Assembly: GCA_051294905.1 (NCBI GenBank)
Contig: CM119371.1
Coordinates: 33,666,001 to 33,730,000, forward strand
Length of the DNA: 64,000 bases
Reading direction: 5' to 3'
Source: Botryllus schlosseri
Lineage: Eukaryota
Below the pieces are notes generated by a model that saw nothing but the letters and a program-made list of their open reading frames with translations, was not told where the DNA came from and made no database searches. Position 1 is the first letter of the stretch, and the number at the start of each line of letters is the position of its first letter. The position numbers and the translations under genes were made by a program. Positions 12,101 through 27,100 of the stretch are shown here, piece by piece.

Positions 12101-15100
12101 TCTTCAAAGTCACATAGGAAGTAGGCTACATACTTTACACGAATGTCCACACTCTTATGCTGATGCTGCAATACTCCGCTCGACTAGAAGCCTGACACTT
12201 AATAAGCGACTTGAGCGGTCCGCAAGAAAGACATCTTACGAATAAATTCAAAATCTCAAAACCCTTCGCAAGAAAGAAAGCTTACAGATAAACTCAAGAT
12301 CTCAAAACCCGCACCTTCCTTGTATCTGCTAAAGAGAATGGTTTGCGTCTTCAGCACGAGCAAGATATTTTCGGGATCGGGCCCATCAATCGCACGCTTT
12401 TTCTTCTTAGCGCACAGAAACTCGTAGGCCTTGTTGACGGCCTCGAAAATATCCTAAAAAACCGACAGCCGAATGAATAAACGCGGTTATAAATAGCAGA
12501 CGAGTCCGTAACACACCCTGCCCTCTGGATTTTTGTCGGGATGGTATTTCTGCGCCATGCGGAAGTACGCCTTTCGAATTTTGCTTTCGTTGTATCTATA
12601 AATTGAGAAATAAATTCCAGTGCTTGGAACACGCCAGTATCAATACAGTGATATCGCGACTCAGATATTCATCATGCTGTCGCTGGAAAACCAAACTGCG
12701 CTATGTCGCAAAACGACAAATCATCAGAGAACCAGAATTGTCTAGTTAACTAGTAGTCAAGTGCAAGTGTCAAGTGTCAATACTATTTGAACATAAACCA
12801 GTTTTGTTCCCAATTTACCTTGAAAATGGACGTGTGTACAGTATATGTCCACTTGGCTAAAGATTCCTGCCATTTACAAACATGGGAAGGCACCCTAATG
12901 AAAGTGTGAACGGCAGGGTCGTAACGACTCGAGTCACGGTTTTCTGATGACTCGACTTGACTCGAGTCATTTCCTTACCATACGAAAATGACTCGACTCC
13001 AGTCAATCTGTGTATTGACTCGACTTGGACTCGAGTCATTGCGCATGACTCGTACCATGACATATGACTCGAGACTCAGACGGCCAATACCAACATTTCA
13101 TTGTAATTTCGAAGAACAGTAAAGTAATCACACTATTGGGATTTCGTCTGTTGGTACTGGCACTTGAAAATGAGACCAGAAACTGCTAAAACTGAGGAAA
13201 ATTAGTATATTATAAATGCAAACCATTCGATATCACCAAATAGAGTTATAAAAAGTGGGTTTGACAAGACATTAAATGACTTGGTCTCGGACTCGAGTCA
13301 CAACACCATGAATCGGTGGTGAATTGAAAATGACTCGCTATGACTCGAGTCAAAACTATAAAATTGAGATTGACTCGTCACTTGGAGCCTTGTGACTTGG
13401 TTACGACCCTGGTGAACGGTAATTCATTTGCGTGTCGACTTTTATCAAAATACGCCAACCAAGCCTGTGCCTACAGGAAGAGCTCGCGCACCATATCAAT
13501 ATAGTATATTGAGCTTGAGCGCCCTCTTCACCCCCATAACTATATATATGTATAGAAATATATTGAAGTCCTGTACCTACAAGAAGCTCTACAAAATCTA
13601 TGGCAGACAGAAACGGCACTGAATCACAATACTCACGGGCCTTTGTCTTTTGGCAAACGCAACGCTTCATAGGCGTCGTCTTCCGACATGCTGGGCGGTT
13701 TTTTCTCCACTTCCTTCTTCCAAGCTTCCAGAACGTCTTTTAAAAGTTTGATCTACGGAATTTGATACAAAATTTTTTTCAATACATCATGAAATTCCAG
13801 CATTCAGGACAAAATCCAAAATCAATCTGATTACAGGTTGAAATCCCGCAATAAGCAGAATCATACACGAAAGTTTCATCGTAAGATGTAAAGTTTATAG
13901 TTAAAAAGCAGATGGAAGCTCTATTTTATTCTGTTAGCTTTCAATCGAGTCTATCACCGATACCCAGAGATGGTCAGGCCGTTGTAACTTCCACTACAGC
14001 AGTTATCAATTTCATCAAGACTACTCCCATTTCAACGTGAACGACTTTTCAGGAAAAACTACTCCCATCTTACGATTTGGCTTTTGAAAAGCACAAAGTG
14101 GTTTTGTGCTAGGCTCGCATCGCTTTCGAGAGCGAAAAGGTCATAAGAACGGCGTGAAATAGTCCAAACTACTACTTCTACTTGAAATCAACGATCCTTT
14201 AGGCAAGACCAGAACAATTAATTGTTGCGAGGAAGGGCTTTCGACCATTAAACGGCCGAGAGCGTCTAATCGAGCCTGAGCAACGGACAATGGACATTAT
14301 TGGACATGGAGATATATTCTCCGATGTGCTAAGAATAATGTTCCATCCCGCACAGACAATCTTGACATCTACAGGAAACAGTTGTATCTAGCAAATTAAA
14401 TCCACTTTCCGCACTAGTCATTGGCGTTATGGTGTATTAGTAATTTGCGATCTAAGTGGTACGCGGTGTAGTAGGAAACAAATTAGTGGTGCGCGACCGG
14501 AGAAGGTTTGAGAAACACTGCCCTAGAATATAGTTCTCGTGAGTCACAAAAATTGTTTCTTTTCATACCAGTAATGGCCCATATTTCAAATTGTGATATC
14601 GAATCGTTATTACTAGGGCGATTTTTTTATGACATGTCCAAATTTTGTCAAAATTCTAACGTTATTTTTGACGTCTGCATTTCGTTTGTATCGTAGATTT
14701 CGAACTGTGGGCAAACTTATCATTTGACATTTTACAGCTTGTAGCCTACTTTATAGGCCTACCGTTGTAAACGGCTAATGGTCTGCTCGTTGTGAATCAT
14801 AAACGGTCAAATGAAACAAATAGGTTGACATGGCGTTACGGTGAACGTACCGCAACATCCTAACTGAAGAAAGACTTCTTGGGCATTGCATCATTCTTAA
14901 ATCAAGAAACGTATGATATAAAATTGTGACGTAGACACCATTGTCAGAATGAAGCAACACGGTTTGTCACCAGCAGTGTACGCACAGCTTCATTGTTGTC
15001 AGCCATCAACTGCTGCTGTTGAACGTTCTTTCTCCATTCTTGGCAAGCTACTTAGTCAGGTCAGAACATAGACTTTCTACCCAAGAATGTAGGAAAGTAC

Positions 15101-18100
15101 CTCTTGCTGTACTACAACAAATTATTTCTACCATAATACGTATTGTAACTACTTGAATTCTTCAGAGGACCAGAATTTGTTAAAATAATAGTTTTTTCAT
15201 GTATTAATTCGTCTGTTTCTAAGAAAAAAACGTTTTTTTTCCGTTTAAACTACTTTGTTAGGAGAGCCAGTTCCAACCAGAAATGAAGATAAATGGTACA
15301 ATTTTACCAATATGTGGGAAAACACGTAATTTGCATGCGTTAGGTCAAAATTCAGTTCGTATAGGTAAAAAAATTCAAAATTTTGATTTTTTTGGGGGGG
15401 GGTAAAAATAAAAAACGGGGTCTAATACAGCACGTTTTCTTTTATACTTCAGCTTAAGGTTGGGCAAGTATGTCTTTGTAATTGGCTACTTTGAATTGTT
15501 ATTGCGTAGAAAGTTATGGCATTACTTCTATGTGTCCTCTGGTACCAAAGATGACAGCAACACACACACACACACAAGCAAGATATCCCAAAGCCTCATA
15601 CCGGGTCTTTGATGGGCCACTCCGGAAACTTGGCCACGTCGCACAGATGCCGCAGGTAGTACATGTTGCAGAACAGCTCCTCCTCGAGTTGCGGGTACGA
15701 TATCGAAGGTATCGGCACGTATTGATACAAGGCACGCGTGTTACTCATCAGACGGGGCGTGAAATCCGCGACGTGGGCCGCTATCTTCTCGATCAGGTAT
15801 CGCCTGGAAAAGCAGAGATAAATATAAATTATTAAAAAATACAAAAAGGGTACAAAATTTAATCCACAAATATTTCTGCAACTGGGTTAAGAGCAGGGTT
15901 GAAATGGCTCGAGACTGACTCGAGTCACGATGACATGAATCGAGTCACTTTCACAAATGTGTTAAATGACTCGACTCGCGTCAATTTTGTATTGACTCGA
16001 CTTGTACTCGAGTCATCGTGCATGACTCGAGACTAGGACGGCCAAGACAGACATTTCATTGTAACTTCGAAGAATAATAAAGTCACCGCATTATTTGTAT
16101 TTCGTCTATCACCTGATGCTTGGAAAATTGGGCCAGAAACTGCTAAAACGGAGGAAAATGACGAAATTATGAATGCGAGCCGTTCTATATCACTAAAGCC
16201 GAGTTGAAAAAAGTGGTTTGAAACGGATTGAACTCAAAACTGAACATTGAACAATATGACTTGGACTCGACCCTCTACCAGCTGACTTGGACTCGTATTT
16301 GACACGGTGGCGACTTGAAAATGACTCGACTTGGGATTGAATTGTGACTCGGAACCTTACGACTTGGTTACAACCCTGGTTACTCGCCCCCTATGGTTAT
16401 GACTGGGGCGGGTTTTTTATCACCTAATTTTGACCTAAATAAACTGAATTTTGACCAAATTTTGACTTAACATGTGCAAATTAGGTGTTTTTCCACACAA
16501 TGTGTGGAATTGTACCACTTATCTGCGTTTCTGGTTGGAACTGGCTGTCTTAACGAAGTAGTTTGGTTCAGAAACAGGCAAAATTTTACATGAAAAACCT
16601 AATATTTCAACGAAGTCTGAACCTATGAATAATAGGCCGTTCATGATTCACAATGAGCAGACATTTGTCCGTTTACAACGGTATGCCTATAAAGTATGCT
16701 ACAAGCTGTAAAATATCAAATGGTAAGTTGACCAACAGTGCATAATCTACGATACAAAAAAAATGCAGACGTCAAAAAAATTAAGACTTTGTCAACAATT
16801 TTGACAAATTTTGACCTAACGCTACAATTTTGACAAGATTTTATCAAATTTGGAGGTGTCAAAAAAAACGCCCCTAGATATGACACGCTTACCGCATTTC
16901 GCTGTTCCAAATCGCTTCCGGCGTGTCAAACTCTCCGAGGAAGATCTCCGCGAATTTATCGGCCCCGTAGTTTTCCAAGTAATGTATCATCGCCTCTGGC
17001 AAAAGCGGCCCGAGGATGGACCTGCTCACCATGTCGGACACGTCCTGCATAGGAAATACACGAGATAAAAATTTTAAAACATCCAAAAAATTCTACAAAA
17101 ATATACAGGTATAATTTGAGAAATATGTCGGGCCCTCAAAAAAATGATGTAAAATCTATGCGAATTTTTTCAAAGATTTCTGCCGACGCTACATTCAATT
17201 GAAAATAATTTATAAAATTTGAAAAATCTCAGGCCAAGTTTAAAAGACTATGTCACAACTTCGAAAAAATATTGGTGTGAATCTAGAAAAATTTCAAATA
17301 TTTTAAAAATATGTTGAGTTATATTTTTTAAAAACGCTAGCTTGAAAGTTTTCTAAAATATGCCGGGTCGAATTTAAAAATTCTTTTAAAATTCGATACA
17401 CTGTCAGATCAAAATGAATAAATGTTAGAAAAATTCCAAAACATCGGTCGAGAAATTCGAAAAAAATGTCTTTTCGAATCACAAAATAGCCTCTTGATCA
17501 AATTTTAAAGGACTAAATTTAAAAAATTTTGACACATTCTCCGAAATGTTGGATTCAGCGTAAAATGATTTGAATAGTTTGAGAAATCTCGGGCCAAATT
17601 TAAAAAAATACACCACACCTTCAAAAAAACGTTGGTTTGAATCCAGAAAACCTTCGAATATTTCGAGAAAAAAAGTCGCGCTGAATTCAAAAAAATGTTT
17701 TGACAAATTTTCAAGTCTCGGGGCCACATCATTCTCTAAAACCTGTCGGGCTTCGGTGAAAACGCTAGCTCGAAAGTATTCTAAAATATCCCAGGTCGAG
17801 TTCGAAAATTCGACGAAAATTCGATAAAGCGTCAGATCAAATTAAATAAATACTAGAAAAATTTCGAAAAATATCTTTTTGAATTTAAAAAAATACTGGT
17901 CCGAATTTTGAAAGACTGATTTGAGAAAGTGTTGAAACATTCTCAGAAATGTTAGATTCAGTGTAAAATTATTTGGACAAAATTTCATAAAGTGCCAGGC
18001 CCAACATTAAAAATCATGCAAAGTCTTTGAAAAAATGTTGGGTAGAATTGAACAAATTTCCAAAAACAATCATGCTAGATCGAAATTTTCGACGAAATGT

Positions 18101-21100
18101 TTGGTCAAATTTAGAAAATATGTCAAAAAAAGTCGCATTACAACAGAGGTTTTGACTTAATGTCAACGAAATGTAGCTCCACCCACCTCATCAGAAGTCC
18201 GAAAAGATTGCTTCAAATGCAAATACTTCAGCATAACTCCGATCGGCAGCACGTTCGAGCCCGTGTACATCAATATGAAGAAAAACACGCCTGCAAAATA
18301 AATATGATAGCGAACAGCAGGTCTATTTTATCGCTGTAACTCAGAATAAGCATGCACTGAAAACGGTATTGCATATATTTTTTTTCTATTTTTTTAAAAT
18401 ATTTTCGGAATAATATTCAAGTCGCAAACCTGTCAGGTACATTCTAGAAAGCATCGGATTGTCCTCCATGATGTGATGCAAAAGAATCGCGGCTTTTTCG
18501 ACTAGGATGGGGTCGAAGGTTAGCAGGAGCTGAAAAAAATCGCAAGCTTCAGTTGGCCCTAGTACGGTTTTTCTAAGCAGGATGCTTTTTCCTAAAAATT
18601 ATGCTTCACTTTTCAAATCTGTAAAACACGACCATAATGGGATGCGACACCAACAAGTAATATGCCGTTGGATTCAGAATTTCAACGCCTGACCAACTAC
18701 GCCTCAAAGCTAGGCAACCGAGCATGTATATAATCAAGAAGATGAGATAACCTAGCTGTAAAATGAGATAAGTTTTTGTTAGCTCCATATGGAGTCCACA
18801 ACGTATGCCCAGTACGAATAGGTATTTGCTATTCACAGCGACAGAGATCTCTTCTTTCAAACAAGCCATGAGTGACAGCTTTTGCTCCACTAATTCGATC
18901 GATACTATCAAAACATTGTAGAGCTCTATAGTTAGACTTCTATAGTTAAAGGTCTGGAAAGGCATACATTACAAGAAAATCAATATAAATCACCTGTACG
19001 ATATGCGGTAAACATATGGACTCGCTCAAAAGTCGCTTGGCCCGGGGCAGAGGTCTGATCACGGCGTCGTCCACATCCCTGAAAACGATTGTAATCATAA
19101 AAATCACAAAGAGACATTCAGTTATTCGACCATAGGCAAGGATTTGGCCTGTTTGGTTACCGATGAATACGCTCAATTACACTGGCCAACAGAAAAAATA
19201 CTTTTTTTCGCATGCCGAAGATATTTTTATGGATTCTAGGTTTGTTTGGGCTGCCGAGTCCGAAAATGACATTCGTTTCCCTGAATTGGCTTTACTTTTT
19301 GAGATATCGATATATTTTATTTATTTATTTATTATTTATTTTATTTAATCGTCGGAAGTAGGATACTTGGAATTACCCATATTTAGAATCTTCTCGGCGA
19401 TCTGCGACTCACTCCGAGGAAGTGCCAGTCTCAAAGACAAAAACTGCCATCGAACTGGAGCTTGAACAACATTTTACCGTACAAGAGAGAAAGAATTACT
19501 TCCGTATTTTAGCCAACAAGATGAACTTTTTTACTGCAAAGACATCGATGGGCTTTTTACGTAAAATGGAGGTATATGATTGATTAGCGTGCTTTGACGG
19601 CTTACTAACTGAACTTTGAGCGTTACTGAACATGGTGTTTGGGCTTTGACGGCACCTGTTATTGATTTACAAAAATATGCTGTTTACCGCTAATATCGCC
19701 TACTTTTTATGATTTCGCTTGATTTTGACATGAAACAGGACTCGCGTATACAAGTCTCTCTGTGTTAACGATTACGTCTTCAACGATATCGCTTCAGAAA
19801 TAGAAGAATGCTATATGCACACACTCGAAAAGACGGATGCGTACTCATCGAAGTTGTAGTATATAAAGTGAAATTTACCTACGCCAAAATTTGCGTATTT
19901 TGAGCACTTTTCCGAACAAATATGTGGAATGTCGAAAAGAATAGGGTCTATTCGGAAAAACTAATGTCATGTTCGGATTCAGCGACATAAGAACACCCTG
20001 AAACCGTAGTATTCCAAATTTCATACTGGTGACGCCATATGTTGTGATACAATTGTTGATGTACAATGTTCTTTCCAATTCTCTACTAGCTGCTGACGAT
20101 TACCCCTGACGAGTGTCAGCCGAAAATATCCCGGTTTATTTCAATATCGACATACTATTCAAGTGCAGATTGAACATTACTGTTGGGTTATTGAAGTCAA
20201 CTGCATTTTTATGCATTCTTCAGATGTGAAACAGTACGCCATTGCTAGCATATTGATTACAGAACACTAAAAGCATCTTGAAAGGCCTTTTCGAAGTTAC
20301 AGGAAAACACTCATAACAATATTTCCTGTTTTTACGGTGCCGAGCCATTGTGCGCTCACAACTGCGGACACCGTGTCAACACTGTGAGCAAACAAAACAC
20401 CAACTAATTACCTTTAGAGAGGCATATCGCTTATTCGCAACGCAAAGCCTACTCTGACAAGCTTGTGATTCTATTAGGCCTCACCAATACTGCTATATCA
20501 CAATAAATAGACTTATGATGGAACCGCTACATTATGATATGTTATGAAAATGGCATACAGTAAATGGAAGACTAGTACTGATCACGCAACTTTTTGAAAT
20601 GCAAACCAATAATACTGCAGCCCGGAATATCGAGATTCGAACTTATAATACATTTACGTTGTTAAAAAATACTCTCGTACCTGCTGGGATAATACTCGCA
20701 AATATTGACCAGCATGTTCAGCACCGTTATCGCGAGGTCAGTTTCGTTCATGACCGCTTGCCCGGTAGCCATCAGCGACCATTTCAGCTGTTTGATGGCG
20801 TGCAGGGGCCGCCAACCATCCATGCCCTGGGCCCAGCAACGGCTTTTCGGCGTCAGGGAGCCGTCTTTCCAGAAGTCCTTCATCTGAATCAAACGGATGA
20901 TTTTTAGCCAACAATTATTATGGGTACAATACACAATACACATCTAGGGTAATATATATTTCCTATGCTTTATCCGTGGAAGCCGAATAGCTGACTAGTC
21001 ATGTAGTTCAAAATAGGGTTGTAATGACTCGAGTCATTTTCTCAAATTACGGAAATGACTCGACTTGAGCCATCATGTGTATTGACTCGACTTGGACTCG

Positions 21101-24100
21101 AGCCATTGCGTACGACTCGAACCAAGTCATATGACTAGAGACTCAGACGCCAAAGACAGACATTTGATTGTAATTTCGAAGAACAGTAAAGTCACCACAC
21201 TATTGGGATTTCGTCTATTGGTACTGGTACTTGAAAATGCGACTAAAAACTGCTAAAAGTGAGGAAAATTCGTATATTATAAATGCCAACCATTCGATAT
21301 CACAAAACAGAGTTATAAAAAGTGGGTTTAACAAGACTTTGACTGGAAACGGAGCAGTCAACACAATGACTTGGACTCGGACTCGAGTCATAATACCGTG
21401 ACTCGGACTCAACCCTCTGCTCGATGACTTGGACTCGGACTTGACTCGGTGGTGAATTGAAAATGACTCGACTTGACTCGAGTCAAAACTACAAAAGTGA
21501 TAGTGACTTGGAGCCTTGTGACTTGGTTACTACCCTGCTAATTGCTGACGATTACCCCTGATGAGTGTCAGCCAAAAATATCCCGGTTTGTTTCAATGCT
21601 CATATGTACTATTTATTATTACTGATATATTAGTTGGTGCTGGAATACTAAACCCTAAGCGTAACACTCGACTTGGAATCAAACCCCTATTTTGTACCAG
21701 TATCAATAGAAAAGCAGATAACACGAGAGAAAAACTATGTAATAACTCACCTCTCTAAAGCTGTAAGGACCCAGCCTCTCTTTCTCCTTGTTTCCGAAAT
21801 ACCACTCCTTCTCCTGCGCTTCAAGCATCATTTCGTCGGTGCCCTCTATCACGTTGGTCTGCGTGGGCACGTGGGCGCGTGTCGTATGTAAATGGGCCAG
21901 GCTCAACAGGTCGACCAGGATACGTATCAGGTTGGCGTCCAAGGCTTCTTTCACGTTTTTCTGAACAAACTTATGTCATTTTGCGTTTATAAAACAAACC
22001 TAAGTGTGACGCCCGCTATTCAACTTTGCATCATTACATTCGACACTCCAATCAGATTCCAACACATGAATCGTACTGGACAGGCCAAATAAACTGTGGA
22101 TGCGTGACACAGTATCGGAGTTACCCATATCTTCTCTGACCTGACCGTTGTGGTTCTTCAAAAATGAAGCAAATTTGGTGTGTAGGCTTGAATTAGGTAA
22201 CCTAACAATTTTATCGAGTAGCCAGTACGATTTGAGAAAAAAAGTCATTTTTGAAGAGCCCTACTGACCATAGGCCCATCCAAGCACTACTAAATGATTC
22301 ACTGATAAATATCGATTCATAATCAGAAGGATGAATCTTAGATAAGCGAGAAATATGACACAGTGCCAGCAGCATTCACGTTACCTTATGCTTGATCAGT
22401 TTCTGTATGAAATTGATGAGCCTGTCGCGTTCCAATCGATCCGAGCACTGTAAAGAAGAAACAAAGACAACATTACAGCCAAAGCAAGTCACAAAAGCAG
22501 AATAGTGAAATTTGGTGAAGTTCAGAGAAGTATTTTTCCTGCAGTGGAATATGCTGCTGGTACTATGCTGTGTCATCGCGAAACTCGCAGATATTTTTTT
22601 ACCTCTAATAGTCCACATCATTATTTTTTTCAAATTGTGGAATAATCGCACTATCATTATCGTATGCACTAAACGTACCCTTTCCAGCATTCCGACGATA
22701 TATCTGGTGTCGTTGAAGGGCCCGATTTCTTCCCAACAACGTCCGTAGACGACGCTCATGGCTTGCAGGCACATGCATTTCATGGCCGTCTTGGGCGTCA
22801 GCAGGAATCGGTGGTAGAGATCGTTGAAAAATTCGTATCTGAGAAAAAATGGGGGAAACAATTTCAATATATAAAACAACAGGGAAGTCAAACCTTCATG
22901 GCCGAACGGCCAAATATAATTTCCTAGAGACGCAATAACGCAATATCGAGTCGAGACAAAATAGGCAAAACAGTTGAGCAATTCTTTCTAGTACCTTTAC
23001 GTTAGTACAAAGCTACGCTCACTAACACGGGCAATGGGCTGTCAATTAGCGAGTCCCTGATCTCTCGTGAACAATTAAATATGTGCGCTTATCGACGCGT
23101 ATTACGTCAGTCAAAATGTCCGAGTTGTTATGGGATCTGTTCTATAATGTCCCCGATTTCAGGTGGTTCAAATCTTTTTCATCTTTTATAACTCAAGTCT
23201 TAACAAACATCTTCTGATGGTTGTGTTCAGGAATTAGCTGAAATCAATCACGCATGTATGTATGCACACACATTTTTGCGGAGATTCGATGTCACTGTTT
23301 AATAACAATAACGTGATAGTGGGGCAGGATTGTAACCAAGTCACAGTCCATGTCACTTTTATAATTTTGACTCGAGTCTAATCGAGTCATTTTAAAATCA
23401 CCACCGAGTCCAAGTTAGCGAGCAGAGGGTCGAGTCCGAGTCATGGTATTATGACTCGAGTCCGAGTCCAAGTCATTGCGTTGACTGCTCAGTTTCGAGA
23501 TAAAGTCTTGTTAAAACCACATTTTATAACTCTGTTTGGTGATATCGAATGGTACGCACTTAAAATACACTAATTTTCCTCACTTTTAACAGATTCTGGT
23601 CGCATTTTCAAGTACCAGTGTCGAAAAGTGAAATACCAACAGCGTAGTTTACCACATTATTCTTTGAAATTACAATGAAATGTCGGCCTTGGCCGTCTGA
23701 GACTCGAGTCCAAGTTGAGTCAACACACGAACTGACTCGAGTCGAGTCATTTCCGTAGTTTGAGAAAATGACTCGAGTCAAGTCGAGTCACCAGAAAATC
23801 AGGCCTCGAGTCGTTACAACCCTGTAGTTAGGTCAGCGATGATATCTTTCGTACCAGGCCTACTGCACATGCGATTGCGCAGGCCAGCGATGATATCGTG
23901 CGCACGGGGCCTATTGCAGATGGGATTCTTCAAGTCAGCGGAACTAGGGTCGTTGGAGACACGATAAATTATATTCAAAATTCCAAGTAGAATATAGTTT
24001 GGAATAAAAACCGAAAATGCAAAATGCGGAATCCATTTTCAAGTCTAGCGGCTTATACTTGACAGCGTCTGTGTCACTTACGATCGTTTTATTGCACTGT

Positions 24101-27100
24101 TCTCTTCATTTTCATCTTCTTCGAGCAGAAGTCGCAGATAGTAATCTCCTATCTTGATTTCTTCAGCCAGGCATTCGTACTGAACCTGTCAACAAATCAT
24201 CGGGAGCGTTATTGCATACATTTGTCGAAATCAAATACATGAATAATTTTGGTTTTTAAAGGTTCACAATTGTTTTGAAGTTTTACAGTTACACGAGGTC
24301 ATAAAGCTCGAGATCCACTGCTCCAAACACTACCATTAGCCGACTAGCCATGCAAATTCAATGTTTTTAGACATAACGCCAGAGTTGAATAGTATATTCA
24401 CATTGAAATGAGCCCTAATATTTACGGATGACACTCGTCGGGGGTGATCGTCAGCAACTAGTTGAGAATTGGACAGAACATTGTGATACGATTATTGATA
24501 TGTAAAGTTCTTTCCAATCTCTACTAGTTGCTGACTATTACCCCTGACGAGTGTCAGCCAAAAATATTCGGGCTTCATCTCGATATCAATATATTATTCA
24601 ATTATATATTGAAGTTTCGTGCCTCCAAGAAGATCTTCATATTAAGACACTGGAGGGGATTATACTCGAACTATATTTTACAAACAGAAAAATTTGATCT
24701 TCGCGTTCCCCATAGACACGCTATGTTGAGAAGGGCAAGTCAAAATGTCGAAAAACATTCCCGACAACGAAAAAACGACGCGACACTCACCTCGAACTCC
24801 TGGTGATTCCAAGATATCTCGATGTTCTGACCCAGCTCTTTGTCGACGTGGAACGCTCGCATTTCGTTTTCCAGCGAGTCGCGAAGTTCTTCTCGAGTCT
24901 GCCACATAAAATAAGTCATTAATGATAGGAGCTTTTCTGAGGACGCATATCATTGTATAATATACGATGTACAATATACATATGTGAGAATTGATTGTGT
25001 GCCTTGGGTACGAAACAGGCTTTTTAAAACCCGTTGGAGACATACACATCCTTCATAGTACTGGAATGCTGGAATGAGCGTCAATCAGGGCTGTAACGAC
25101 TCGACTTGTACTCGAGTCATTGTGCATGACTCGAACCAAGTCATATGACTCAAGACTAGGACGACCAAGATAGACATTTCCTTGCAACTTCGAAGAATAG
25201 TAAAGTCTCCACATGATTGGTGTATCATCTATCAGTCCTGCTACTCGGAAAATAGGCCCAGAAACTGTTAGGACTGAGGAAAATTATGATATTATGAATG
25301 CGAACCATTCTATATCACTCGAGCAGAGTTGAAAAATGTGGATTGACTTGGACTCGGACTTGACACGGTGGTGAATTGAAAATGACTCGACTTAAATCGA
25401 GTCAAAACCATAAAAGTGAGATTGACTTGTGACTCGGAACGTGACTAGGTCACAACCCTTGCGTCAATCAATCAGGTTCACGTACCTTGTAGTTCCAAAT
25501 GAGGTTAGGCTTGGAATGGTCGTGGGTGAATCTGAAATGTAAGGTCACGAATATTAAACTGCAAATAAGCCCATGTACATGGCAGAGTGGTTTCAGAGCT
25601 AAGCAGTCTTGGAGTGACGTCACGAGACAGAAATTAGATTGACTTAACATGGGCATATGTTTGTCGCAGCTCAAGTGATACAGAAGTTTGGGATTGAGCT
25701 CGGAGAGTAGGCCTATGCTACGCCAGAGTTACAGTTACGCAATAATTTTCTACTGAGTTGTGCGAGTTATATTGTTGGCCATACTAGCTTTATAATTCGT
25801 GACGCTGAACAAAGACGACGTGCATATTGTATTTAGCTCAAGACCAGTGGTTCCCAACCTTTTCGGATGTCGAAGCCGCATTTCAAAGTTCAGAGTACGT
25901 ATGGAGCCGCATAAAACACTCAAGTAGGCTACTCATAACGAAAATTTAAAAGTTGCTACTATCTAGCCTACCTCTGGCTCTCACCATCCAGCTAATTCAA
26001 AAGCATGCACATAGACTTCAATAGATTTTATATCGCTTATTTTAGCATTGATAGACGCAGATTGGCGAGTGCTATGCATTGAAATAAAATGAAAATGCAT
26101 ATCATTACTACAACAAACTATCATGTCGTTATGTGATAGCTCTTCCTACATTCCAGCACGTAATGCACATGTTAGCGGGGGATTCTAATACTGTAATACT
26201 GCAATTTACACTTGACCGTGAACCGTTATTTTGATGTCAGTAAAATGGTGTTGAAATTTACTCTTCAAAGAGACAAAACATAAAGGTCTATGACCAGCAG
26301 AACTCAAGATACATCCATGCGTTTGACGGTAGTCTGCACGAATTCTCTTCCACGGTTTTCAGAAGGTACGGCATGAGACTTGACTAATATCCTTCGTTTT
26401 AGCATTCATATCCAGAATTTGACTATAACTATTCATGGATATTAAAAACAACTGCTGTCTATTATATTTTGTGGCATATTTATAGAGGATAATCAGAGCC
26501 GCAAGAAGGCTGCGGTTAGAGATCACTGCTCCAGTTACTATTTGAAAAAATTATATGCTAGTTGATACTTGAAATTTCTGGTCGCATTGCCAAACAGTGT
26601 GATTCAATGTCTGTAGGAATGGATGGAGGATGATGACAAATTCTCAATAAAAACGGCCTTTCAATTGCAGCATTATCGAATGTTTCTATTTCAGCGCCCT
26701 ACGCAGTCATCCGAACACGTCATGGAATCGGCACAGAGAACAAAGCACCACGCGAATATGCTGACAAACTTCAAACAGTATTATTACTCGAGATGATTCA
26801 GCAATAGGAAGTAATCAATTTGAGATAGGCCTATTGGGCATTGGATAGATTTCGTTGTGAGATCAATCAGGCTTGATTTTGCCGTGTCTCGACAAGATAT
26901 AGAAATACCTCAACCAACAAATATGATGACTCTGTGGCAAGTTCACCTGTAAAAAGTAGTCAATTTACACTGTATATTTCAGTCTGGTACACGAAGTATG
27001 AGTACACATAGCTACTCGAGTACTCTGGAAAAGGAAAAGTACTCAAGTACTGAAATGAGAGGATAAGGTAATCTAATCAGTCGGGCGATTTTTTTACATG

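Noticed and set aside
22376-22981. 201-aa ORF as a separate gene
   Set aside because: It is DNAJC13 exons 24 and 25 plus intervening and upstream intron sequence.
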